DNA from: the human T2T-CHM13v2.0 reference genome, Homo sapiens
Assembly: GCF_009914755.1 (NCBI RefSeq)
Contig: NC_060928.1
Length of the DNA: 64,000 nucleotides
Strand: one strand, 5' to 3'
Shown here: piece by piece, positions 28,901 through 43,500 of the stretch
How the letters are laid out: the number at the start of each line of letters is the position of its first letter
Numbering within the stretch: position 1 is the first letter of the stretch
Notes under the pieces: generated by a model
Told to the model about the DNA's origin: nothing
What the model saw: only the letters and a program-made list of their open reading frames with translations
Database searches by the model: none
Translations under genes and position numbers: made by a program

Positions 28901-31900
28901 TTATGTACAGTATACAATATATAGTATTGGTACTTTGATATTTCATGTAAAGTATATAGTTTGAGTACTTTGATATTTTATATGCAGTTTATTATAAATG
29001 TTTGGGTACCTTCATATTTTATGTACAGTATATAATACATACTTTGGGAACTTTTATTTTATGTGCAGTATATAATACATACTTTGGGTACTTTGATATT
29101 TCATGTACAGTATATAATACACACTTTGGGTACTTTGATATTTTATGTACAGTATATAATACACACTTTGGGTAGTTTGATATTTTATGTACAGTATATA
29201 ATACATACTTTGGGTACTTTGATGTATTATGTACAGTATATAATACATACTTTGGGTACTTTGATATTTTATGTACAGTATATAATACATACTTTGGGTA
29301 CTTTGATATTTTATGTACAGTATGTAATACACACTTTGGGTACTTTGATATTTTATGTACAGTATGTAAAACATACTTTGGGTAGTTTGATATATTATGT
29401 ACAGTATATAATACATACTTTGGGTACTCTGATATTTTATGTACAGTGTATAATACATACTTTGGGTACTTTGATATTTTATGTACAGTATATAATACAT
29501 ACATTGGGTACTTTGATATATTATGTACAGTATATAATACTTACTTGGGGTATCTTGATATTTTATGTACAGTATATAATGCATACTTTGGGTACTTTGA
29601 TATTTTATGTACAGTATATAATGCATACTTTGAGTACTTTGATATTTTATGTACAGTATGTAATACATACTTTGGGTACTTTGATATTTTATGTATAGTA
29701 TATAATACATACTTTGTGTAGTTTGATATTTTATGTACAGTATACAATATATAGTTTGAGTACTTTGATATTTTATGTCCAGTATAAAATATATAGTTTT
29801 CCTAATTGATATTTTATGTACAGAATATAGTTTGAGTACTTTGATATTTTATGTACACTTTATTATAAATGTTTGGGTACTTTCATATTTTATGTACAGT
29901 ATATAATACATACTTTGGTCTCTTTGATGTTTTATGTACAGTATATAATACATACTTTGTGTTCTTTGATATTTTATGTGCAGAATATAATGCATAGTTT
30001 TAGGTACTTTTATATTTTATGTACAGTATATAATACATACTTTGGGTACTTTGATATTTTATGTACAGTATATAATACATACTTTGGGTACTTTGATATT
30101 TTATGTACAGTATATAATACATATTATTGGTACTTTGATATTTTATGTACAGTATACAATATATAGTTTGAGTACTTTGATATTTTATGTCCAGTATAAA
30201 ATACGTAGATTTCATACTTTGATATTTTATGTACAGAATATAGTTTGAGTACTTTGATATTTTATGTACACTTTATCATAAAAGTTTGGGTACTTTCATA
30301 TTTTACGTACAGTATATAATATATACTTTGGGCACTTTGATGTTTTATGTACAGTATATAATACATACTTTGGGTTCTTTGATATGTTATGTACAGCATA
30401 TACTACATAATTTGGGGACTTTTATATTTTATGTACATTATATAATACATACTTTGGGTACTTTTATATTTTATGTACGGTATATAATACATACTTTGGG
30501 TACTTTGATATATTATGTACAGTATATAATACATACTTTGGGTACTTTGATATATTATGTACAGTATATAATACATACTTAGGGTTCTTTGACATTTTAT
30601 GTACAGTACATAATACATACTTTGGGTACTTTGATATTTTATGTACAGTATATAATACATACTTTGGGTACTTTGATATTTTATGTACAGTATATAATTC
30701 ATGTTTTGGGTACTTTTACATTTTATGTACAGTATATAATATATAGTTTGGGTACTTTGATATTTTATGTACGGTATATAATACATACTTTGGGTACTTT
30801 GATATTTTATGTACAGTATATAATACATACTTTGGGTACTTTGATAATTTATGTACAGTATATAATACATACTTTTGGTACTTTGATATTTAATGTACAG
30901 TATATAATACACACTTTGCATACTTTGATATTTTATGTAAAGTATGTAATACATACTTTGGGTACTTTGATATTTTATGTACAGTATGTAATACACGCTT
31001 TGGGTACTTTGATATTTTATGTAGAGTATGTAAAACATACTTTGGGTAGTTTGTTATTTTATGATCAGTATATAATACATATTTTGGGTACTTTGATATT
31101 TTATGTACAGTATATAATACATACTTTGGGTACTTTGATATTTTATGTACAGTATATAATGTATAATTTGGGTACTTCAATAGTTTATGCACAGTATATA
31201 ATACATACTTTGTGTAATTTGATATTTTATGTACAGTATATAATGCATACTTTGGGTACTTTGATAGTTTATGTACAGTATACAATACATACTTTGGGTA
31301 CTTTGATATTTTATGTACAGTATATAATATGTAGTTTGGGTACTTTGATATTTTAACTACAGTATATAATACATACTTTGGGTACTTTGATATTTTATCT
31401 ACAGTATATAATAGATACTTTGGGTACTTTGATATATTATGTACAGTATATAATACATAGTTTGGTTACTTTGATATTTTTTGTACAGTATGTAAAACAT
31501 ACTTTGGGGAGTTTGCTATTTTATGAACAGTATATAATACACATTTTGGGTACTTTGATATTTTATGTACGGTATATAATACATACTTTGGGTACTTTGA
31601 TATTTTATGTACAGTATATAATTCATACTTTGGGTACTTTGATATTTTATGTACAGTATATAATACATACATTGGGTACTTCGATATTTTATGTGCAGTA
31701 CCCTATATATAGTTTGGGTACTTTGATATTTTATGTCCAGTATAAAATAAATAGTTTTGGTACTTTGATATTTTATGTACAGTATATAGTTTGAGTACTT
31801 TGATATTTAATGTTCAGTTTATTATAAATGTTTGGGTGCTTTCATATTTTATATACAGTATATAATACATACTTTGGGCACTTTGATATTTTCTGTACAG

Positions 31901-32600
31901 TATATAATACATACTTTGGGTACTTTGATATTTTATGTACGGTATATAATACATACATTGGGTACTTTGATATTTTATGTAAAGTATATAATATATAGTT
32001 TGGTTACTTTGATATTTTATATACAGTATATAATATATATTATGTGTACTTTGATATATTATGTACAGTATATAATATATAGTATGGGTTGTTTGATATT
32101 TTATGTACAGTATATAATATATAGTTTGGGTAGTTTGATATTTTTAGTACAGTATGTAATATATAGTTTGTTTTATTTGATATTTTATGTACAGTATACA
32201 ATATATAGTATTGGTACTTTGATATTTCATGTAAAGTATATAGTTTGAGTACTTTGATATTTTATATGCAGTTTATTATAAATGTTTGGGTACCTTCATA
32301 TTTTATGTACAGTATATAATACATACTTTGGGAACTTTTATTTTATGTGCAGTATATAATACATACTTTGGGTACTTTGATATTTCATGTACAGTATATA
32401 ATACACACTTTGGGTACTTTGATATTTTATGTACAGTATATAATACACCCTTTGGGTAGTTTGATATTTTATGTACAGTATATAATACATACTTTGGGTA
32501 CTTTGATGTATTATGTACAGTATATAATACATACTTTGGGTACTTTGATATTTTATGTACAGTATATAATACATACTTTGGGTACTTTGATATTTTATGT
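23718..32600. repeat. 3,284-bp higher-order repeat (79 monomers; blocks of 1546+454+871+413 bp), ~2.7 tandem copies
   Basis: ORF starts 23718/27002/30286, 24810/28094/31378, 25264/28548/31832 and 26589/29873 are all 3284 apart, with identical or near-identical translations. Confidence 0.92.
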
Positions 32601-34940
32601 ACAGTATGTAATACATAATTTGGGTACTTTAATATTTTATGTATAGTATATAATACTTACTTTGGGTACTTTGATATTTTATGGACAGTGTATAATACAT
32701 ACTTTGGGTTCTTTGATATTTTATGTACAGTATATAACATATAGTTTGGGTACTTTGATATTTTATATACAGTATATAATACATACTTTGGGTACTTTGA
32801 TATTTTATGTACAGTATATAATACATACTTTGGGTACTTTGATATTTCATGCACAGTATACAATATATAGTTTGAGTACTTTGATATTTTATGTACTGTA
32901 TAAAATATATAGTTTTCGTACTTTGATATTTTATGTACAGTATATAGTTTGAGTACGTTGATATTTTATGTACAGTTTGTTATAAATGTTTGGGTGCTTT
33001 CATATTTTATGTACAGTATATAATACATACTTTGGGCACTTTGATATCTTATGTACAGTATATAATACATACTTTGGGTTCTCTGATATTTTCTGTACAG
33101 TGTATAATACATAATTTGGGTACTTTGATATTTTATGTACAGCATATAATACATACGTTGGGTACTTTGATATATTATGTACAGTATATAATACATACTT
33201 TGGGTACTTTGATATTTTATGTACAGTATATAATCCATAGTTTGTGTACTTTTATATTTTATGTACAGTATATAATACATACTTTGGGTACTTTGATATT
33301 TTATGTACAGTATATAATACATACTTTGGGTACTTTCATGTTTTATGTACAGTATATAATATATAGTTTGGGTACTTTGATATTTTATCTACAGCTTATA
33401 ATACTTACTTTGGGTAATTTGATATTTTATGTACAGTATATAATACATACTTTGGGTAGTTTGATATTTTATGTACAGTATACAATATATAGTTTGAGTA
33501 CTTTGATATTTTTTGTGCAGTATAAAATATATAGTGTTGGTACTTTGATGTTTTATGTACAGTATATATTTTGAGTACTTTGATATTTTGTGTACAGTTT
33601 ATTATAAATGTTTGGGTACTTTCATATTTGATGTACAGTATATAATACATAATTTGGGCACTTTGATATTTTATGTACAGTATATAATACATACTTTGGG
33701 TACTTTTATATTTTATGTACAGTATATAATACATACTCTGGGCACTTTGATATTTAATGTACAGTATATAATACACACTTTGCGTACTTTGATATTTTAT
33801 GTAAAACATGTAATACATACTTTGTGCAGTTTGATATTTTATGTACAGTATGTAATACACACTTTGGGTACTTTCATATTTTATGTACAGTATGTAAAAC
33901 ATACTTTGGGTGGTTTGATATATTATGTACAGTATATAATACATACTTTGGGTACTCTGATATTTTATGTACAGTGTATAATACATACTTTGGGTACTTT
34001 GATATTTTATGTACAGTATATAATACATACATTGGGTACTTTGATATATTATGTACAGTATATAATACTTACTTGGGGTACTTTGATATTTTATGTACAG
34101 TATATAATACATACTTTGTGTACTTTGATATTTTATCTACAGTGTATAATATATACTTTGGGTATCTTGATATTTTATGTACAGTATATAATACATACTT
34201 TGAGTACTTTGATATTTTATGTACAGTATATAATACATACTTTGGATACTTTGATATTTTATGTACAGTATATAATACATACTTTGGGTACTTTGATATT
34301 TTATGTACAGTATATAATACATACTTTCGGTACTTTGATATTTTATGTACAGTATATAATATATAGTTTGGGTACTTTGATATTTTATGTACAGTATATA
34401 ATACATACTTTGGGTACTTTGATATTTTATGTACAGAATATAGTTTGAGTACTTTGATATTTTATGTACACTTTATTATAAATGTTTGGGTACTTTCATA
34501 TTCTATGTACAGTATATAATACATACTTTGGTCTCTTTGATGTTTTATGTACAGTATATAATACATACTTTGGGTTCTTTGATATTTTATGTGCAGAATA
34601 TAATGCATAGTTTTAGGTACTTTTATATTTTATGTACAGTATATAATACATACTTTGGGTACTTTGATATTTTATGTACAGTGTATAATACATACTTTGG
34701 GAACTTTGATATTTTATGTACAGTATGTAATACATACTTTGGGTACTTTGATATTTTATGTACAGTATATAATACATATTATTGGCACGTTGATATTTTA
34801 TGTACAGTATACAATATATAGTTTGAGTACTTTGATATTTTATGTCCAGTATAAAATACATAGATTTCATACTTTGATATTTTATGTACAGAATATAGTT
34901 TGAGTACTTTGATATTTTATGTACACTTTATCATAAAAGT

Positions 34941-37900
34941 TTGGGTACTTTCATATTTTACGTACAGTATATAATACATACTTTGGGCACTTTGATGTTT
35001 TATGTACAGTATATAATACATACTTTGGGTTCTTTGATATGTTATGTACAGCATATAGTACATAATTTGGGGACTTTTATATTTTATGTACATTATATAA
35101 TACATACTTTGGGTACTTTTATATTTTATGTACGGTATATAATACATACTTTGGGAACTTTGATATATTATGTACATTATATAATACATACTTTGGGTAC
35201 TTTGTTATATTATGTACAGTATATAATACATACTTAGGGTACTTTGACATTTTATGTACAGTACATAATACATACTTTGGGTACTTTGATATTTTATGTA
35301 CAGTATATAATATATACTTTGGGTACTTTGATATTTTATGTACAGTATATAATATATGATTTGGGTACTTTTACATTTTATGTACAGTATTTAATATATA
35401 GTTTGGGTACTTTGATATTTTATGTACGGTATATAATACATACTTTGGGTACTTTGATATTTTATGTACAGTATATAATACATACTTTGGGTACTTTGAT
35501 AATTTATGTACAGTATATAATACATACTTTGGGTACTTTGATATTTAATGTACAGTATATAATACACACTTTGCGTACTTTGATATTTTATGTAAAGTAT
35601 GTAATACATACTTTGGGTACTTTGATATTTTATGTACAGTATGTAATACACGCTTTGGGTACTTTGATATTTTATGTAGAGTATGTAAAACATACTTTGG
35701 GTAGTTTGTTATTTTATGATCAGTATATAATACATACTTTGGGTACTTTGATATTTTATGTACAGTATATAATACATACTTTGGGTACTTTGATATTTTA
35801 TGTACAGTATATAATGCATAATTTGGGTACTTCAATAGTTTATGCACAGTATATAATACATACTTTGGGTAATTTGATATTTTATGTACAGTATATAATG
35901 CATACTTTGGGTACTTTGATAGTTTATGTACAGTATACAATACATACTTTGGGTACTTTGATATTTTATGTACAGTATATAATATGTAGTTTGGGTACTT
36001 TGATATTTTAACTACAGTATATAATACATACTTTGGGTACTTTGATATTTTATCTACAGTATATAATAGATACTTTGGGTACTTTGATATATTATGTACA
36101 GTATATAATACATAGTTTGGTTACTTTGATATTTTTTGTACAGTATGTAAAACATACTTTGGGGAGTTTGATATTTTATGAACAGTATATAATACACATT
36201 TTGGGTACTTTGATATTTTATGTACGGTATATAATACATACTTTGGGTACTTTGATATTTTATGTACAGTATATAATTCATACTTTGGGTACTTTGATAT
36301 TTTATGTACAGTATATAATACATACATTGGGTACTTCGATATTTTATGTGCAGTACCCTATATATAGTTTGGGTACTTTGATATTTTATGTCCAGTATAA
36401 AATAAATAGTTTTGGTACTTTGATATTTTATGTACAGTATATAGTTTGAGTTCTTTGATATTTAATGTTCAGTTTATTATAAATGTTTGGGTGCTTTCAT
36501 ATTTTATATACAGTATATAATACATACTTTGGGCACTTTGATATTTTCTGTACAGTATATAATACATACTTTGAGTACTTTGATATTTTATGTACGGTAT
36601 ATAATACATACATTGGGTACTTTGATATTTTATGTACAGTATATAATATATAGTTTGGTTACTTTGATATTTTATAGACAGTATATAATATATATTATGT
36701 GTACTTTGATATATTATGTACAGTATATAATATATAGTATGGGTTGTTTGATATTTTATGTACAGTATATAATATATAGTTTGGGTAGTTTGATATTTTT
36801 AGTACAGTATGTAATATATAGTTTGTTTTATTTGATATTTTATATACAGTATACAATATATAGTATTGGTACTTTGATATTTCATGTAAAGTATATAGTT
36901 TGAGTACTTTGATATTTTATATGCAGTTTATTATAAATGTTTGGGTACCTTCATATTTTATGTACAGTATATAATACATACTTTGGGAACTTTTATTTTA
37001 TGTGCAGTATATAATACATACTTTGGGTACTTTGATATTTCATGTACAGTATATAATACACACTTTGGGTACTTTGATATTTTATGTACAGTATATAATA
37101 CACACTTTGGGTACTTTGATATTTTATGTACAGTATATAATACATACTTTGGGTACTTTGATGTATTATGTACAGTATATAATACATACTTTGGGTACTT
37201 TGATATTTTATGTACAGTATATAATACATACTTTGGGTACTTTGATATTTTATGTACAGTATGTAATACACACTTTGGGTACTTTGATATTTTATGTACA
37301 GTATGTAAAACATACTTTGGGTAGTTTGATATATTATGTACAGTATATAATACATACTTTGGGTACTCTGATATTTTATGTACAGTGTATAATACATACT
37401 TTGGGTACTTTGATATTTTATGTGCAGTATATAATACATACATTGGGTATTTTGATATATTATGTACAGTATATAATACTTACTTGGGGTATCTTGATAT
37501 TTTATGTACAGTATATAATGCATACTTTGGGTACTTTGATATTTTATGTACAGTATATAATGCATACTTTGAGTACTTTGATATTTTATGTACAGTATGT
37601 AATACATACTTTGGGTACTTTGATATTTTATGTATAGTATATAATACATACTTTGTGTAGTTTGATATTTTATGTACAGTATACAATATATAGTTTGAGT
37701 ACTTTGATATTTTATGTCCAGTATAAAATATATAGTTTTCCTAATTGATATTTTATGTACAGAATATAGTTTGAGTACTTTGATATTTTATGTACACTTT
37801 ATTATAAATGTTTGGGTACTTTCATATTTTATGTACAGTATATAATACATACTTTGGTCTCTTTGATGTTTTATGTACAGTATATAATACATACTTTGGG

Positions 37901-40550
37901 TTCTTTGATATTTTATGTGCAGAATATAATGCATAGTTTTAGGTACTTTTATATTTTATGTACAGTATATAATACATACTTTGGGTACTTTGATATTTTA
38001 TGTACAGTATATAATACATACTTTGGGTACTTTGATATTTTATGTACAGTATATAATACATATTATTGGTACTTTGATATTTTATGTACAGTATACAATA
38101 TATAGTTTGAGTACTTTGATATTTTATGTCCAGTATAAAATACATAGATTTCATACTTTGATATTTTATGTACAGAATATAGTTTGAGTACTTTGATATT
38201 TTATGTACACTTTATCATAAAAGTTTGGGTACTTTCATATTTTACGTACAGTATATAATACATACTTTGGGCACTTTGATGTTTTATGTACAGTATATAA
38301 TACATACTTTGGGTTCTTTGATATGTTATGTACAGCATATACTACATAATTTGGGGACTTTTATATTTTATGTACATTATATAATACATACTTTGGGTAC
38401 TTTTATATTTTATGTACGGTATATAATACATACTTTGGGTACTTTGATATATTATGTACAGTATATAATACATACTTTGGGTACTTTGATATATTATGTA
38501 CAGTATATAATACATACTTAGGGTTCTTTGACATTTTATGTACAGTACATAATACATACTTTGGGTACTTTGATATTTTATGTACAGTATATAATACATA
38601 CTTTGGGTACTTTGATATTTTATGTACAGTATATAATTCATGTTTTGGGTACTTTTACATTTTATGTACAGTATATAATATATAGTTTGGGTACTTTGAT
38701 ATTTTATGTACGGTATATAATACATACTTTGGGTACTTTGATATTTTATGTACAGTATATAATACATACTTTGGGTACTTTGATAATTTATGTACAGTAT
38801 ATAATACATACTTTTGGTACTTTGATATTTAATGTACAGTATATAATACACACTTTGCATACTTTGATATTTTATGTAAAGTATGTAATACATACTTTGG
38901 GTACTTTGATATTTTATGTACAGTATGTAATACACGCTTTGGGTACTTTGATATTTTATGTAGAGTATGTAAAACATACTTTGGGTAGTTTGTTATTTTA
39001 TGATCAGTATATAATACATATTTTGGGTACTTTGATATTTTATGTACAGTATATAATACATACTTTGGGTACTTTGATATTTTATATACAGTATATAATG
39101 TATAATTTGGGTACTTCAATAGTTTATGCACAGTATATAATACATACTTTGTGTAATTTGATATTTTATGTACAGTATATAATGCATACTTTGGGTACTT
39201 TGATAGTTTATGTACAGTATACAATACATACTTTGGGTACTTTGATATTTTATGTACAGTATATAATATGTAGTTTGGGTACTTTGATATTTTAACTACA
39301 GTATATAATACATACTTTGGGTACTTTGATATTTTATCTACAGTATATAATAGATACTTTGGGTACTTTGATATATTATGTACAGTATATAATACATAGT
39401 TTGGTTACTTTGATATTTTTTGTACAGTATGTAAAACATACTTTGGGGAGTTTGCTATTTTATGAACAGTATATAATACACATTTTGGGTACTTTGATAT
39501 TTTATGTACGGTATATAATACATACTTTGGGTACTTTGATATTTTATGTACAGTATATAATTCATACTTTGGGTACTTTGATATTTTATGTACAGTATAT
39601 AATACATACATTGGGTACTTCGATATTTTATGTGCAGTACCCTATATATAGTTTGGGTACTTTGATATTTTATGTCCAGTATAAAATAAATAGTTTTGGT
39701 ACTTTGATATTTTATGTACAGTATATAGTTTGAGTACTTTGATATTTAATGTTCAGTTTATTATAAATGTTTGGGTGCTTTCATATTTTATATACAGTAT
39801 ATAATACATACTTTGGGCACTTTGATATTTTCTGTACAGTATATAATACATACTTTGGGTACTTTGATATTTTATGTACGGTATATAATACATACATTGG
39901 GTACTTTGATATTTTATGTAAAGTATATAATATATAGTTTGGTTACTTTGATATTTTATATACAGTATATAATATATATTATGTGTACTTTGATATATTA
40001 TGTACAGTATATAATATATAGTATGGGTTGTTTGATATTTTATGTACAGTATATAATATATAGTTTGGGTAGTTTGATATTTTTAGTACAGTATGTAATA
40101 TATAGTTTGTTTTATTTGATATTTTATGTACAGTATACAATATATAGTATTGGTACTTTGATATTTCATGTAAAGTATATAGTTTGAGTACTTTGATATT
40201 TTATATGCAGTTTATTATAAATGTTTGGGTACCTTCATATTTTATGTACAGTATATAATACATACTTTGGGAACTTTTATTTTATGTGCAGTATATAATA
40301 CATACTTTGGGTACTTTGATATTTCATGTACAGTATATAATACACACTTTGGGTACTTTGATATTTTATGTACAGTATATAATACACCCTTTGGGTAGTT
40401 TGATATTTTATGTACAGTATATAATACATACTTTGGGTACTTTGATGTATTATGTACAGTATATAATACATACTTTGGGTACTTTGATATTTTATGTACA
40501 GTATATAATACATACTTTGGGTACTTTGATATTTTATGTACAGTATGTAA
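34941..40550. repeat. Further ~1.7 tandem copies of the 3,284-bp higher-order repeat
   Basis: 34941/38225, 36033/39317, 36487/39771 and 37002/40286 are offset by 3284. Confidence 0.87.
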
Positions 40551-43500
40551 TACATAATTTGGGTACTTTAATATTTTATGTATAGTATATAATACTTACT
40601 TTGGGTACTTTGATATTTTATGGACAGTGTATAATACATACTTTGGGTTCTTTGATATTTTATGTACAGTATATAACATATAGTTTGGGTACTTTGATAT
40701 TTTATATACAGTATATAATACATACTTTGGGTACTTTGATATTTTATGTACAGTATATAATACATACTTTGGGTACTTTGATATTTCATGCACAGTATAC
40801 AATATATAGTTTGAGTACTTTGATATTTTATGTACTGTATAAAATATATAGTTTTCGTACTTTGATATTTTATGTACAGTATATAGTTTGAGTACGTTGA
40901 TATTTTATGTACAGTTTGTTATAAATGTTTGGGTGATTTCATATTTTATGTACAGTATATAATACATACTTTGGGCACTTTGATATCTTATGTACAGTAT
41001 ATAATACATACTTTGGGTTCTCTGATATTTTCTGTACAGTGTATAATACATAATTTGGGTACTTTGATATTTTATGTACAGCATATAATACATACGTTGG
41101 GTACTTTGATATATTATGTACAGTATATAATACATACTTTGGGTACTTTGATATTTTATGTACAGTATATAATCCATAGTTTGTGTACTTTTATATTTTA
41201 TGTACAGTATATAATACATACTTTGGGTACTTTGATATTTTATGTACAGTATATAATACATACTTTGGGTACTTTCATGTTTTATGTACAGTATATAATA
41301 TATAGTTTGGGTACTTTGATATTTTATCTACAGCTTATAATACTTACTTTGGGTAATTTGATATTTTATGTGCAGTATATAATACATACTTTGGGTAGTT
41401 TGATATTTTATGTACAGTATACAATATATAGTTTGAGTACTTTGATATTTTATGTGCAGTATAAAATATATAGTGTTGGTACTTTGATGTTTTATGTACA
41501 GTATATATTTTGAGTACTTTGATATTTTGTGTACAGTTTATTATAAATGTTTGGGTACTTTCATATTTGATGTACAGTATATAATACATAATTTGGGCAC
41601 TTTGATATTTTATGTACAGTATATAATACATACTTTGGGTACTTTTATATTTTATGTACAGTATATAATACATACTCTGGGCACTTTGATATTTAATGTA
41701 CAGTATATAATACACACTTTGCGTACTTTGATATTTTATGTAACGTATGTAATACATACTTTGGGTAGTTTGATATTTTATGTACAGTATGTAGTACACA
41801 CTTTGGGTACTTTGATATTTTATGTACAGTATGTAAAACATACTTTGGGTAGTTTGATATTTTATGATCAGTATATAATACACATTTTGGGTACCTTGAT
41901 ATTTTATGTACAGTATATAATACATACTTTGGGTACTTTGATATTTTATGTACAGTACATAATGCATACCTTAGGTACTTTGATAGTTTTTGTACAGTAT
42001 ATAATACATACTTTGGGTACTTTGATATTTTATGTACAGTATATAATACATAGTTTGGGTACTTTGATATTTTATGTACAGTATATAATACATACTTTGG
42101 GTACTTTGATATTTTATCTACAGTGTATAATATATACTTTGGGTACTTTGATATATTATGTACAGTATATAATACATACTTTGGGTACTTTGATATTTTA
42201 TGTACAGTATATAATACATACTTTGGGTACTTTGATATTTTATGTACAGTATATAATACATACTTTCAGTAGTTTGATATTTTATGTACAGTATATAATA
42301 TATAGTTTGGGTACTTTGATATTTTATGTACAGTATATAATACATAGTTTGGGTACTTTGATATTTTATGTACAGTATATAATACATACTTTCGGTACTT
42401 TGATATTTTATGTACAGTATATAATATATAGTTTGGGTACTTTGATAATTTATGTACAGTGTATAACACATACTTTGGGTACTTTGATATTTTATGTACA
42501 GTATATAATACATACTTTGGGTACTTTGATATTTTATATACAGTATATAATACATACTTTGGGTACTTTCATATTTCATGTACAGTTTATAATATATAGT
42601 TTGAGTACTTTGGTATATTATGTACTGTATATAATACATACTTTGGGTACTTTGATATTTTATGTACAGTATATAATACATACTTTGGGTACTTTGATAT
42701 TTTATGTACAGTATACAATATATACTTTGACTACTTTGATATTTTATGTCCAGTATAGAATATATAGTTTTGGTAGTTTGATATTTTATGTACAGTATAT
42801 AGTTTGAGTACATTGATATTTTATGTACACTTTATTATAAATGTTTGGATACTTTCATATTTTATGTACAGTATATAATACATACTTTGGGCACTTTGAT
42901 ATTTTATGTACAGTATACAATACATACTTTGGGTACTTTGATATTTTATGTACAGTATATAATACATAATTTGGGTACTTTGATATTTTATGTACAGTAT
43001 ATAATGCATACTTTGGGTACTTTGATGTTTTATGTACAGTATATAATACATACTTAGGGTACTTTGACATTTTATGTGCAGTACATAATACATACTTTGG
43101 ATACTTTGTTATTTTAAATACAGTATGTAATACATATTTTGGGTACTTTGATATTTTATGTACAGTATATAATACATACTTTGGTACTTTTATATTTCAT
43201 GTACAGTATATAATATATAGTTTGGGTACTTTGATATTTTATGTACAGTATATAATACATAGTTTGGGTATTTTGATATTTTATGTACAGTATATAATAC
43301 ATACTTTGGGTACTTTGATATTTTATGTACAGTATATAATATATAGTTTGGGTACTTTGATAATTTATGTGCAGTATATAACACATACTTTCGGTAGTTG
43401 GATATTTTATGTACAGTATATAATACATACTTTGGGTACATCGATATTTGATGTACAGTATACTATATATAGTTTGGGTACTTTGATATTTTATGTCGGG

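Noticed and set aside
41494-42807. Longest ORF (437 aa; duplicate at 53242-54555) resembling a hydrophobic repeat protein
   Set aside because: It only reflects a long 1294-bp block without a stop-creating variant, and its identical copy is explained by the 11.75-kb duplication.
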